From contig CM119373.1 of NCBI GenBank assembly GCA_051294905.1, forward strand, positions 4,466,001-4,530,000: a DNA stretch of 64,000 nucleotides, read 5' to 3'. Origin of the DNA: Botryllus schlosseri (lineage: Eukaryota). Shown one piece after another: positions 1 to 12,280 of the stretch. The notes under the pieces were generated by a model. The model was not told where the DNA came from. It was given only the letters and a program-made list of their open reading frames with translations, and did no database searches. Numbering within the stretch: the first letter of the stretch is position 1; each line of letters opens with the position of its first letter. Position numbers and translations under genes: made by a program.

Positions 1-513
1 CTTACCCAATATGAATTTCTGATAAGGGGATACTCCACAAGAATGTCAGCAGTTGGCATGTTCCCGTCTTCTATATCTAACCGACGCCTTTTGAAAGTGG
101 CTTTCATTGCTTTCATAAGCTTTGCCTTGGCTGGGTTAGATGAACTTGATTCTGACAATATGATTGACTTATGTTCGGCGAAGCTTTCCTCATTGTTCGA
201 GGATTCTCGGACCTGAAATTTTTAATTAATATATGAATCAGCGGTTCCCGACTGACAAGCCACGAAAATAGTAATTTCCTACTTCGTTAGCAGGAAGACC
301 AGAACTTCAGGGTTTCTTGGATCGAGGGCTGCTCGTGTCGGATTCTTCAGTATGGAGCCGTCTCCGTGGACCAGGTCTTCCATAATTTATTCTATTTGCG
401 ATGAGAACCGGATCGTCTGGATTTTTTTACTTTCCGACGTTCGTTAAAAATTTTGTGATCGAGTTTCTTTTTCCAAGCGTGCTAAAATGTTACCGATTTT
501 AGAGAGTGTAGCA

Positions 514-948
514 CAGGGGTGGGCGAACTTTTGAGCTCGCGGGCCGCATTCAACATCTGAATTCATTCGCGGGCCGTCATATCACAAAACGCACCCATGA
601 TGCTAAAAAACCTAACGGGTAGTTTGATGGCATGGAAGGTTACGACTGTGGATGAGAGATTTTAAAATATGTAATCGAGACTAAATACAGAGCAATAACT
701 ATGAATGGGATGCAAATCGCGCGAAGCGCGAAAATTTTTTTCAGTCGAGCTCAGCTTCGCGCCCCCATTCAGATGCCCACCAGTTTGAGAACCACTGTCT
801 TAGAATTATCGTGGTGAAATATACTAAGAAAAATTTAATCAAGTCCCTGCATTAATTTGATTTTTTTGTACGCATTTTATCAATATTTAAAAAAAGTTTC
901 TTTAGACTCTCGCGGGCCGCACAGAACGGCGTAGTTTGCCCATCCCTG
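514..948. mobile_element. hAT-type MITE
   Basis: TIRs CAGGGGTGGGCGAAC / GTTTGCCCATCCCTG. Perfect 8-bp TSD GTGTAGCA (506-513, 949-956). Confidence 0.9.
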
Positions 949-1826
949 GTGTAGCACTACCATACTTCAAGCTTCAAAACTCACCCATGCAGGAAGATAA
1001 TGATCTTCATCTGCCAAGCTTGATCTCAGAACTGTATATTCTTGCACTAGAGCTGTACATACCAGTGTTCTTGTATACGGTGGCACGCCAAGTCTGAATG
1101 AAAAGTGGACGAAAGTTACATAGTCAAGAAGCTGAATGCACCAAAATTGGTATCGGGTCATCTCCAGTATTTTCATTCAGTATATCCTGAGTACAGAGGA
1201 CTATGGTTGTCACAAAGCGTTAGTCTGTGAATAAGGACGTAATAGAACCGACCTGATGCTGTGCATGGCCCAAAATTATACCCTTTGTGACCCATCCCAC
1301 ACGTTGAAAAACGCTGCACTAGAATATAGATCACTTCAACAGCCAATACATACCCAAAGTGTTTCGTTAGATCTTGGAACAGATGGTCCACAATTGCTTT
1401 TCTTAATCTTGGCCTCAAGTCGCTTTTTGACTCCAGGTTTTCCACCTCGTTGTGCAGATAAGCAGGAAGGCACACCTTATACTTGCCGTCAGACCATCTT
1501 TGAGGAATTTTAGTACATTCTTCAGCATCCATCAATGGCGTATCAGTTATAGGTGTAGAGGGCTCCAGATCATTCATGAATGATGAAGCATCAACGCCTT
1601 GTTCTGAATTTCGCAGACCACTGCACATATCTCCTGCAATCAAAATATCACTTATGAGACAAAATTCTGGTTCCCAAAGGAAGCGCTAGCTACAAACAAG
1701 GCGACTGGGTGGGGGGTGGGGGATAAATGTTAAAATAATTGCTATTAATAAATTCAAATGAAAAATCTAAATATTGATTGACTTCTCCATTCTCAAAGTA
1801 TTCGGCTGTAAGATAACGTTGCGCAA

Positions 1827-2097
1827 CACGACTACATTTAAACGCCGGAACTAGAAAGCTATACTTAGCTGTCAGTGTTTATATTCTTGATTATACTAAG
1901 TATAGCTTTCTAGTTCCGGCGTTAAAATGTAGTCGTGACGGTGTATATCAGTGTTCCCAAATACATTCTTACACAATGTGTAAGTGACATTCACAATTAC
2001 AAATTCAAAACAACGCCATAGCTGTCAGTGTTCATATTCTTGATTATACTATGGCGTGGTTTGTAATTTGAATTTGTAATTGTGAATGTCACTTACA
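1827..2097. repeat. Two adjacent long hairpins with unrelated stems but the same 27-nt loop
   Basis: Arms 1827-1868/1896-1937 (41 of 42 complementary) and 1979-2021/2049-2097 (one 6-nt indel, one mismatch). Loops CTGTCAGTGTTYATATTCTTGATTATA at 1869-1895 and 2022-2048. Confidence 0.9.
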
Positions 2098-2640
2098 TTC
2101 TAGTCTTCACATCCCAGGTGTTGCAACCAGACATGGGGTGATTACTTTATGAATGTAATCGATTGCGATTACGATTACTTCGGAATCACGCGATTACGAT
2201 TACGATTACGATTACAGCAAAATCAGGAAGTAGTCGATTACGATTACGATTACATTGAAAAAGTAATCACGATTACTCACGATTACATTTGTTTTGCTTA
2301 GGACTATAATCTTAAATGATATATGGGAAGGCAATACAAGGATTGCGATGAAAAGGCTTAATGAGATATCAACTTTCTTCATACATCTTGCGTCATTTGC
2401 TTATTACGTCATAATATATCAATTGCACAACTTTATAGTGCATGATTAATCGCATCCAACGATTTGCATTATTGCCAGGTCTTTACCTGCCGCGCCCCAA
2501 ATTCCTTAATAGAGTGGGGAGCGTGCTCGAAGGGGACTCAAAAGTATTTCGTAAACCAACAGATATTATAGAGCATTTTCGAGAATTTAATTAATTCTTG
2601 TAAATGTTTTTCGAGCTTTGCGATTCAAATAACTCTAGTA

Positions 2641-3587
2641 CAGGGGTCACCAACGCGGACCAAATGAGTCGTCCGCGGTCGCTGTAGTAGTGGTGGCTTT
2701 TGGGGTGGGCGAGGTGGGCGGCCGCCAGGGGGGGCTGGCCGAAGGGCTCCCCTATTTGGATTATGCGCTTTTTTCAGGGATAATAACGAATAAACATGGA
2801 AATCCGTGTAAGGCAAGAATAGGATTCCGTACAGATGTGTCAATCATCATCAAATCTCTGCATTTGTTAGAAACGTACCATATCCCGATAATCATCACGT
2901 CTCTGCATGCGGTAGAATTACTTAGTTTTAATGTCGTCTATCTTTGCACACATGAAAAAATAGACATGGCCGAATCTAGCACCTGGCCAAACCTTGATAG
3001 ACAGATAATAATAACAGATGCGAAAGAGGGGTCTGGGGGGCGAAGCCCCCCATAAGTTACGGATAGATACTTATAGGGCGGCCCCCGGTAAGTCTCGCCC
3101 AGCCCCCCTCCCCCCCCCCCGTTCGTATGGCCACCACTGCGCTGTAGCCAATATCCAAATGAGAGATTTGATAGTTGAAGCTCGTTTCATATGAGCAGCA
3201 GTTGAACATGGGTCGGCCGACGCCAAGGAACATACGAACGCAGTCGCTCGGGGCATTGCTTGTCTTCGTCCACGCGGCGGCTCAACGGAAATCTATATAG
3301 TTAATATTCCCGAGTCTAGACGCGGAGATCGGCGCTTCTGCGCGCACTGCAGCAACGCAACTGAGCTTGGAGGAGCTGGCGTGAGTCCCTGCGAGTGAGC
3401 GTTTTTTTCTTGGTAAGGGGCGGAAACCCGGCCCAGTGCTCTGATTGTCTTACTCTAAGTGAAGAAATCCAACTGAACATGGATAAACGACGGGAGTAGG
3501 CTACGTGGTAACTCGTCGGTCGTCGCAATAATCAGTACACATTAAACAAGAAGTAGCTTTTTGTTTCAAAGCAGTTGGTGACCCCTG
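2641..3587. mobile_element. hAT-type MITE nested in 2128-5109
   Basis: TIRs CAGGGGTCACCAAC / GTTGGTGACCCCTG. TSD CTCTAGTA / CTCCAGTA. Absent from the sister copy at 61121-63125. Confidence 0.88.
2688..3139. mobile_element. hAT-type MITE nested in 2641-3587
   Basis: TIRs TAGTGGTGGC / GCCACCACTG. Perfect TSD CGCTGTAG (2680-2687, 3140-3147). Confidence 0.85.
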
Positions 3588-5771
3588 CTCCAGTAGATAG
3601 CTGGGTTTGAAATGCATACCTGTTCCCCTCAAGAAAAAACATACATAGGCTATATTTTATGGGAACAGACATTTCGTAGCCGGTCATTACCGCGCCACGA
3701 TCCCACAACACACCAAAACATATAAGCAGTTTCGGCCAACACGCAACTCCACGGGATGTGATACCAAAGAAATACCTTGGCCGAAACTTAGGGTATTTTA
3801 TTGCCAATAGCCGCGCTGAGTGGGCAGGACTAATAACTCTTGTCCTTCCAATCTGGTCCCACAATGCAAATGTCACCCGGCGCATCCACAAAGGAATAAA
3901 GCCATGACAATTTGTGTGTGCGTCTCACAAAAGATACTCTTTTAGTCTGCTACGTTTGGGCGAGTACAATATCTTGTGATTATACAACGGACTGGAGGTC
4001 GCGAATTAACAACATACAGTAATATGTCCACGGACCAATTATAACAACATACCAGATGCTATGAATATGAATTACGTGCCCCAGCTTTACAGGTAAATCT
4101 TACACTCGGGGCTCAGAGAGGTTATAAATGAATAGTAATATAATGCAATTACCAATATTATTGACGAAATTCACTTTTGAAAGTTGACCAACGGTTGAAC
4201 AGGGGAATTGCTGTTTTGGCTGAATTGCTGATTCTAGCTACAACCCACGCTAACATGTCAGGCTATATAAGCGGATGGTTATGGCGGCAGGTCCAAATGC
4301 TAAGTAACGAACTGTGAAATAGCGATTGACGCCCGTTTCAAGTAGTTATATGAGAATAAGATATGGTTAACATAAAAATTCTGCCTTCAACTTAATACAT
4401 ATACAGCGAGCTGCTGTTACGAGAAACGGCTAAGCACGGCTAGGTTATGATATATATCAGCAGCTGTTTATTTGTAATGCTTCGTTGTGGAAACTGCAAT
4501 GTCTTAATCGACGAGTACAAAATTCCGAATCTTCGTCAGGTGCACGTGCGTACGTAGGCCTCCTGTTCGCCAAGCAGCAATGGTAAACTGCGTTTAACTA
4601 AGCACAACTAAACATTAATACATAAGTTACTATTTGAAACTATAGGCAGAGTGGTGATCAATATCCTGCTGCGAGGTAGCGGCTTCTGTAGTGTATTGAT
4701 AACCTGATATACACCACGGGAGATGTTCTTACAATCACACTACAATGTCCATCGCATGTCTATTTACTATATGTGGAATGTGGATACTTGTTACGCAATG
4801 ACGAGCGGAGCTAATACTTCTGACGTAATAATGAGTCAGTGGCGTTTTAAAACAGACGTTTGTGCTAACGCTAACGTGGTATATTATCTCATTCTTGTTC
4901 ACGAATATTCAGTTTATGTCATAGTCCTTGTACAAACAAAAAGTAATCGTTCATTCACAAACAAATCGATTAGATATGGGAAGTAGTCGATTACGATTAC
5001 GATTACTTCGGATTTTTTTCGAATGTAATCGATTGCGATTACGATTACTTCAAAATGCTGTAATCGTCGTAATCGATTACGATTACTAATCGCGATTACC
5101 CCATGTCTGGTTGCAACCAGACTAATAAAATTTTAGGTAGGCCTTGCAAGTTTACAATCTGGGCAATCCATTTTTGATAATATTAATTTCGAAAATAACC
5201 TCGCGGGCCACTCAAAACCTTCTTGCGGGCTACATGTGGCCCACGGGCCACGGGTTGGCCGGTCCTGCAGTAGGTGACATAAAACTTACTATTCGTCTGC
5301 TCTTCAGTCAATGATACATCCGCATTACTGGTGCAATTTGAATTACAAACACCAGCACCAAGCAAATCTGTCACTTTCGAAGGCTCTGCAAGGCAAAAAT
5401 ATCAAGTAACGAAGCATGTATATTATAGTAATTGTATAACCATGAGACTAAATTACCTGATTTTTTTTCACTCAATTTCAAAATATCGCCACTGCGTAGT
5501 TCCACTTCAGAATCAAATTCAGCCCAGCCAAAATCTTTGTCATGGTACTCAATGTTGGCATTGTCAGCGGGAACTTCAGGAAATTTATGTAATACAGCAG
5601 TTTTCACTTCTAATACAGAGTTTACTCTTTACTCTAAACACTTTTGAACGGTCACCATAGGTCACCTTCAACTTTACCTGTGCTTCAGCGTTAGCCATAG
5701 CAATCAAGACTATTTCAATAACCTGAAATACATCAAATCACAAATATTGATCAGTTATATACGCCGCGACG

Positions 5772-5990
5772 TTACCTCATCAGGTTAATGTCATTGATTA
5801 CATACATCTGCTGCTGTTCATGATACATCAAGTCTGTAGGACGAAAAACACGAACGCCATCTTCTTTAACAGAGTAACTATGAAAGTGTTTGATAAACTG
5901 AATAGACTTTATCAATTTAGTACAAAAGAAGCACTCGGCATTGACAAACAATATATACTCAATTCTACAAAGTGTTAGTTCATCAGCAGT
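5772..5990 (-). pseudogene. C-terminal remnant of an EnSpm/CMC-type transposase
   Basis: ORF 5772..6059 contains LCRIEYILF...FIKHFHSYSV...RPTDL...Y...LMR. This resembles the C-terminal tail of animal EnSpm transposases. It lies immediately upstream of, and co-oriented with, the accessory gene. Confidence 0.45.
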
Positions 5991-6454
5991 TTTCTCAATG
6001 GCTGGATCCGCCATTCGCGTTCGCGCCGAGATGGGCGGATATAATATTGTAAAATCCAAATCCTGTTACGAATTCGAGATTGAAATCCAAGTCCAAATCA
6101 ATAAAAGGTAGGCATCTGATCCGAATAACACGTTGAAGTGTAAAGTTATGTGACATTTCAAGTTCATTTCTACATATATTGATCGTAAAATTAATCTAAA
6201 TTCGATATCCATTGTTCTTGAATCAGATAAAAATTATTAATTGCGATTATTTGAAATCGAAATCCAAATCCTTCCTCGTATTGATCTCGCGCCTTTTTGA
6301 TAAACCGCTCAACCAAAACCGGCGAATTTATTTTGTGCAAACAGGGTGAATTGGGAGTTTATATTGAAATATAATGACCAAAAGGATGATAATGAAAAAT
6401 AGTAACATTGGAATCACATCGTATTTTGTGTCTTGTCCATTTTCCTATTGCCGG

Positions 6455-7352
6455 ATATGATGTCTGGGTGTTTTTGAACAACGTTTCAACTCACATGTCT
6501 TAGGGGCTTGTCAGGGGTGTGTTCGAACTGCGTTAACACTCGGACATCATGTCTGAGGCGTGACTGGAGTAAGATCGGACTGCGTTGTCTATCGAATATC
6601 ATGGTAGGGATGTGTTCGGACTGCGTTATGACACTCGAGCATCATGTCTGGGACACATTTAGGGCATGTCTGGGGTGTGTTCGGCCTGTATTGACACTCG
6701 GATATCATGTCTGAGGCTTGTCTGGAGATAGGTTCGGACCACGTTGTTAATCACACATCATGTCAGGGGGTATTTGTAGCGCGGTGGACACTCGAACATC
6801 ATGTCTGGGACATGTCAGCGCATGTCGATGGGGTGGGGGGGGGCGGTGTTCGAGCTTCGTTGACACTCGGACATCATGACTGATGCATGTCTGAAACAGG
6901 TTCGGACTGCGTTGTCTATCGAACATCATGTTTGGGATGTGTTTGGACTGCGTTTTTACATTTGAGCATCTTGTCTGGGTCATGTCTAGGGCATGTCTGG
7001 GGTGTGTTGGGCCTGTATTGACACTCGGACATCATGTCTGAGGCATGTCTGGAGATAGGTTCGGACTGCGTTGTCAATCGAACATCATGTCAGGGGTGTG
7101 TTCGAATTGTTGTTGACACTCGAACATCATGTCTGGGACATGTCTGGGGTGTGTTCGAAATGCGTTGACAGTAAGACATCATGTCTGAGGCATGTCTGGA
7201 GTAAGTTCGAACTGCGTTTTCGATCGCACATCATGTCTGGGACATGTCTGGGGCATGTCGGGGGGCGTGTGCGAACTGTGTTGACACTCGGACATCGTGT
7301 CTGGGCATGTCTGTGGTGTGTTATGGTGTCTGGGGTGTGTTATCGTGTCTGT
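6455..7352. repeat. Complex minisatellite (CATCATGTCTG / GACACTCGRA units) with ~328-bp higher-order period
   Basis: Recurrent gacactcgRacatcatgtctg and 11-bp catgtctgggg subunits. The block starting ~6574 is repeated at ~6902. Confidence 0.85.
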
Positions 7353-8994
7353 GACGAATCTTGAGTGAGTACAGACTGCTATTTTTGTTCATTCTTCTTG
7401 CAGAAAATATAAACAATTTACAAGCACAATTACAAGCACCGACCTATGACAGCTTGTTATATGCTTGCATTTGGCATTTACAAGCTCCATCGAGCTTGTA
7501 TCGAGCATTTATTAGCTCGTTACAAGCTATTTTACAAGAATTATTTTTACAGTGATGAACCAGTAAAATCAATATAACTATACGGCCGTCTACATGAATT
7601 TATATTAGCTTGTGTTGGAGGCCGTCAATTCGACTTAAAATTGTTCTTCGCCCTTAGCGAGATTCAGGACGACTTGGATTTTTCGTTTTTAATATAATAG
7701 TGTCGTTACAATATGTGAACACCACCGTACAAATGCGAAACGCGTAGGAAAGTGATGCGCTCCATAAAGTTCTACCAATTTGGAATCGTGTGCGTCTCAC
7801 GAATGACGGTTTTCTAATACGTTCGAAAGATTCCAATATATATTAGCGTAACCACAATCATGGTGGGAGGTCAAGATATTACAACATAAAACAAATTGAT
7901 TACCAATACCGGAAGATGCATCATCATCAATTTTGTGACCAAGATGATTTTCGAGGGCACTCCCTACATCCGCTCTAGCGGTTAATATAACACGTGGGCT
8001 TATAATAAGTAAATATTTGACATTAAAATATGTGAAACTACCAATATTATCGACGAAATTAATTCCTTCATGAGGTTAAAAAATATTCGTGCTCCGCTCA
8101 ATTGTTGCGCGAGTCCCAATAACTTTTTCCAATAATTCTCGCGATTTGGTTGCATATTTAGTAAGTCTGTAGGGGTGTTCTGCTTCTGCAATTATAAACT
8201 TGTAGATACAAGGTATAGTTCAAGAAACACAGTGAAGGCACAGAACATCACAAAGTCTCTCCGCGGTGCGAAGTTTAACATGAGTATTTGTCCGCCAGTT
8301 GGACCATGACGACTTTCCACCTGAATGAGGCCTTATGCTATTGCTACATATATATATTGAAATGCGGCCGTGAATAGCAAAAACACCCCCGGATAAGGCT
8401 GCATACGGGATCGGTGTATTATATGGTCAGGGTGTGCGAGTTTTGAGTAAACCTTAAAAGGGTGTACCACGACGAAAAAGGTTGAAGAGCACCGGAATAA
8501 CCAACATATTTACAAAAATATTCTTGAAGCTGTATATTGACAAAATTATATAATACAATAGAAATTCACACGACAGAGTCATCATCAACATTAAACCACT
8601 GTTCTACGTGAGACTTGGTATGGACGTGATCTAGCAGAATTAAAACTAAATATGCCCGTCTACGTATCCCTCTCTCTATGTCTATATATTCGCAATTACA
8701 TAATTTTACGACTTGACAAAATGTAAATAGCGAAAAGTTAGTATAGGTCATAAAGTAAAAGTAGAAGTAGCGGAAAATAGGTTTACGTGAGTAAGTACTG
8801 CAAGTAGAGTAAAAGTTCCTGAGTACTTGTGAAAACTATAAATACGTTGTTACTGGCCAATTCAGTATTCACTACATTTCTGCAATCCAAGCTTGAGGTG
8901 ACCAAAATACCTACTTCGACAGTGACCACACCCGCTCTAATCGCATCCGATGAACTTTTTCAAGGGCTACGAAGAGGCCAATTTTTGATTTTAG

Positions 8995-9644
8995 GGTGCA
9001 AAGTTTCTGTTTTTAATTTTCCGAAGAAGGATCATCATCATAACTTGCAATACACCGCTCCTTTACCAGAGTTGACTTCACTGACTGTTTGCGTCTTGGT
9101 TAAGCCTGGCAATCAAATTGAGTTCGTAAAAGGATCGATCATTAGTTACTGCACAATGAGCGCGGTGAGCTGCAACACCTTTCTCGTGTATTTACCTGAG
9201 AAGCATGTTGTTGTGTTCGTCAACTCTCATGAGTATGGATATTACCATGTTCCCCCAATCACAACTCGGTCGCACTAATGCATTACAACGAGCATGGCTG
9301 CAATAAAGTATTACATCAATGGCTCTGAGTACCTTCCAAGTAATACCGGTAGAATGAAGATAAACGTACCGGGAGGGGGAGTACTGATCGTGGGTCAGGA
9401 TCAATATTTTAGTCTAAACGGAATTACTCCTGGTGCACCACGTCAGGACTATCAAGGATTCCATGGAAAAATACAAGGACTTCGTCTTTGGATTAGAGCT
9501 ATGAATCAAGAAGGAATCCGGGACCTGTATCTGTCACGATGCAATTGCGCGAATGATTCCATAATACCTTTCGATGAGTCCAACTCTATGATAAGGGGAG
9601 ACTTGACTGCAACCTACAATGTGTCATGTGATTACAATGAGTGA
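8995..9644 (+). pseudogene. Pentraxin-domain gene copy A, terminal exon with in-frame nonsense codon
   Basis: Acceptor ttttag at 8994. ORFs 8829..9278 and 9294..9644 are in the same frame, separated by TAA at 9276-9278 where the paralogs have TTG (SHLC). Motifs FPKK, SLTVC, IISYC, LIVGQDQ and FHGKIQGLRLW. Confidence 0.85.
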
Positions 9645-12280
9645 TGGTCAATTTTCACTTCCGAACTCCGATGTTGCTGATTGAAAATTAAACAATTCAT
9701 ATATGAAGTCGTATTATATATACAGCACTCGACGCCGTCAAAAACGTAAACAAGTGTACACAATGCAGTTGATCGGGCTATGAGATTATACGAATGCACC
9801 TTCTGAAATAAATTATAGTCTGTTACCCATATTTAACAGCATGACCGAATTTGTAAATTCGCAAAATATATAAATGTTTGTGCTTGGTAGTAACTTTACA
9901 AACGACTGCAAATAGTAAGTGGTGCAACGGGGCAGAGGTATTTCTGCTGTTGCGAAATCGATTGCATATACCAATCTGGAAGAGGCGATTTTTCGAACGA
10001 TTAATTTGTATGATGCAAAAATTTCAGATCAATCTTACCGCGAGCACACAATATAATATTGTGTGTCCTCAAGTGAACTTTTTGTTGCCGTATGATCTCG
10101 TATAACAAGAAGTGCTAATTTAGCGGTGTTCGTAGATTATCGTCTCATGTGATGTGTCGATATATAGTCAATACCAATAAAAGCTAAGGGCGTATTGCAG
10201 TGGTTTTATTGCTAGTATTGTATATTGTTACTAATACGGTGGTATTATAGCGAAATCTCTACTAATGGATATTTGGAAAGAATTTGTTTTTGTTTTCACG
10301 AGTTAACGTTAATTATCAGTAGCAATTTTGTATTTATGCGTTAACATACGAGTCTGCGGAGTTTACTCTCGGTATTCTTTCCTAACAAGGGCATAAAACT
10401 TATGTGAAAATGTAACAAGGGATTAGGAAAGTGACTAGCAAACGTTTTTGACTCGTCAACCACTTACCAATCTCGACACATGTGTATCGCCCCACTAAAA
10501 TATAGAGGTCATCGCTAACGAAATCCTTTAGTTTCACTTACGTAAGTAGTATTGTTTGTATATCAGTTGTAGGCATACATAAATTACGGTCACTGTATTT
10601 TGAAATCCGCGAAAGAGGACACTTTTCACATCTGGCATAAACATACAATGAAACGCGAGAATTTTACGGATATATTGGTTATCGATCATGGTTTAACAGA
10701 AAAGAAGGTCATTTGTCCGGCTGGTGCCTGAAAAATGGGTTCCCCGCGATTAGCCATGTCTTGGTGTGTCCTGGTGCGGATCTGGTCAGCGCCGAAATGC
10801 CTATGATTCACCCGAAGGTCGATGGCCTCAAGCGATGCTCTCATAATTGCGAATACGCTATGTGTATTTTGTTCGTGAGTGGATATATACGAGCAATAAA
10901 GTCAAGAAATACCTAATGTGATACTAAAGAACGCGAGGCACGACTAAAAATTTTAAAAGCGAATAATTCTGCACCAAAATACTCTATACCTTATGTTGAT
11001 TGAGGATATAATGTCGGGCAACCATTGAATTTGGTTTAAAAATAAGTTGCCTGAAAGTTATTATATTTGTTTTTCTTGATCATTTGATTTTTTGAAATGT
11101 GCTCCGCGGTCCTAAAAATCGTTTCGCGGAACCCAGTTTGAGAACCACCGTGCTCGTGTAATGTAATTGCTCTCAAACTTGTTGAAATTCATTTCACATA
11201 TGAGTTCTATTAGCGTCCCATAACCTAAGCCTCACATATCGAATAAATGCATAGTTACTGTTAGCATGCTACGTTTTCACAGACAACCAGTTGCATGCTA
11301 CGGAATTCTATAAATCATTTCACTGGTATACACGATTTTTGCGCCAGGACTTCTTTGGGTCGATAATACCTAATTTCGGGGCGCTAAATACGAATCTGAT
11401 GTTATTTTTGCTCTACCAAGTCACGTTTTTGAGGTAATATATATATTGAATATTTATACTTTTTCGAGGCACTCGAGTAGATTTTGGCTACCTGCAGTAC
11501 CTACTGAAGTGGTAATGCTTTTCAACTACTTCAACATCTACCTGAACAGTATTCTGGATAAACTAATTTCGTTTGCGATTTGGTTTTATAAAGTAGAAAG
11601 TAGTTCATGGAAAATATTGCACCACTATCATGAGTTAAATTGTCATAAGAAACTCGTGGAATAGTTTCTGAATCACGGTATCGGAATATATTTTTTCGAA
11701 GATTCTGTCCATGGGTGGTGTCATTATAGTCATTTTGCTTTTACTGCGGCGATACAACTTGCGATTTCGTATGTAGCCACCTCCGGCTAACTGTTGAAAG
11801 TATGTGACCACCCTCCCCGGGTCAAATATACTTAGATCTTTACTGAATTTTAGTAATTCTCAGACCTTTCATTTCGTCGTCCACTAGTATTAGTTTTGAA
11901 ATGTCTTAGAAACTACTACTTCTACTTGTAATTGAGTCGAAATGCAAGGCGTTACTTGTGCTACTTGAGTAGTAACGCTCTTCACTTCGACCATCTCTAG
12001 ATTATAGTCGAATATTACTCAAATCTGAAACCGCCAAAAATGTAAAGCTTTTGTATTTAGAACCGGCGTTTAATCATGCAAAACAATAACAAAAAGTGTT
12101 GAAATTAACCAATGCTAATATCTTGCTCTTTTCCAGCATAGAACATATAACATTTGGTGTAGGTCACGGAATGTCCTATGTTGAGAGGGATCGACTGTCC
12201 TAGAACCGATGTATATTTATTTTATTGTGAAGTAACACGCACTCAGGTTTCGTGTTGAGCTGTTAGTGAGCACTGAGCAG

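Larger units (their letters stand above)
2128..5109 (+). mobile_element. Non-autonomous hAT-type element with GATTAC subterminal repeats (hosts two nested MITEs)
   Basis: TIRs CAGACATGGGG / CCCCATGTCTG. Perfect TSD GTTGCAAC (2120-2127, 5110-5117). (GATTAC)n arrays at both ends. Homologous inverted copy at 61121-63125. Confidence 0.92.
6..5698 (-). pseudogene. Multi-exon transposon accessory gene remnant (SAMD3-like family associated with animal EnSpm/CMC elements)
   Basis: Minus-strand exons with GT/AG ends at about 5698-5457 (MANAEAQVKLKVTYGD...IEYHDKDFGWAEFD, frameshifted), 5385-5290, ~1633-1352 (..RKAIVDHLFQDLTKHFG), ~1094-985 (..VCTALVQEYTVL..PAW), ~482-283 and ~212-6 (..LMKAMKATFKRRRLDI...ILVEYPLI). 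Stops and frameshifts are present. The family was recognised by eye, not by search. Confidence 0.55.
1..7554 (-). mobile_element. Decayed EnSpm/CACTA (CMC)-type DNA transposon; one end at 7554, the other beyond the window start
   Basis: Terminus TTTTTACAGTG at 7544-7554 (= CACTGTAAAAA on the minus strand). Subterminal ACAAGC/GCTTGT repeats at ~7415-7540. Internal minus-strand transposase-like and accessory-gene remnants. Sequence right of 7554 resumes homology with intron 1 of pentraxin copy B. The second end and TSD are not visible. Confidence 0.6.

Noticed and set aside
6455..7352. CRISPR-like array
   Set aside because: Units are degenerate and the intervening sequence is itself repeated. 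There are no unique spacers and no cas genes, and the context is eukaryotic.
7955..7995. 41-nt exon equivalent of copy A
   Set aside because: The position fits, but it contains stops and has poor splice sites. Too decayed to call.
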